This document shows positions 63,717 to 64,000 of a stretch of 64,000 nt of DNA, one piece after another. Every line of letters begins with the position of its first letter. The stretch's first letter is position 1. A model generated the notes under the pieces. It made no database searches, had not been told where the DNA came from, and saw only the letters and a program-made list of their open reading frames with translations. Origin of the DNA: Octopus sinensis (taxonomy: Eukaryota). The stretch lies in contig NC_042999.1 of NCBI RefSeq assembly GCF_006345805.1, positions 140,244,001 to 140,308,000 of the forward strand, given 5' to 3'. The position numbers were made by a program, and so were the translations under genes.

Positions 63717-63837
63717 GAGGGTGCACTGTAATAAAGGATTGGGCCATCCCCCTTTGTATGTGAATGTCAACATGAAAACAGGAGACACTGTTAACAATTG
63801 GGTCGACTCATTGCAAGCAGCTTGGTCTGCTCTTCAG
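63717..63837 (+). CDS. EDEM1: EDEM1 exon 8
   Basis: TTGCAG| [40 protein letters not shown] |GTTGGT. Confidence 0.96.
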
Positions 63838-64000
63838 GTTGGTAAGCAAATAAAGCTACTATATTTACTTGTATATAATGGGGAGAAATTAAAACAAAAT
63901 ATCAGGATCAAAATTTGGTAGTGGGTTTATACTCAAGTGTGAAAAAACATGTTACTGGTTTTTAGACACAGGTATGACTGTGTGGTTATGAAGTTTGCTT

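Overview
AT-rich, repeat-dense eukaryotic genomic DNA. It is most likely from an octopus (coleoid cephalopod), judged from the retroposon/SINE families and the long TA/CA microsatellites; this is an inference. The only gene I can identify securely is EDEM1 (ER degradation-enhancing alpha-mannosidase-like 1, glycoside hydrolase family 47) on the + strand. Eight GT-AG coding exons from 27605 to 63837 splice in frame to 363 codons, with a 19,994-nt first intron, and the gene runs off the right edge. To the left there is a second CpG-rich promoter (~14.5 kb) and several small in-frame exon candidates on the - strand, pointing to an unidentified gene transcribed leftwards. Most of the rest is decayed transposable elements: RTE, CR1-like and HERO-like LINEs, Penelope-like elements, several SINE families, piggyBac, mariner, maT, a Tc1 with IR/DR ends, and a probable solo LTR. 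None has an intact ORF. Most notable oddities: a perfect 119-bp inverted duplication inside an intronic mariner; an ATF4-like uORF layout plus UPR-type motifs upstream of EDEM1; a dense TALE/homeodomain site cluster at ~20.3 kb; and the unidentified - strand gene. I found no CRISPR array, rRNA or bona fide tRNA gene, and no clear new multi-gene system. TE boundaries are read by eye and approximate unless a TSD or TIR is quoted.
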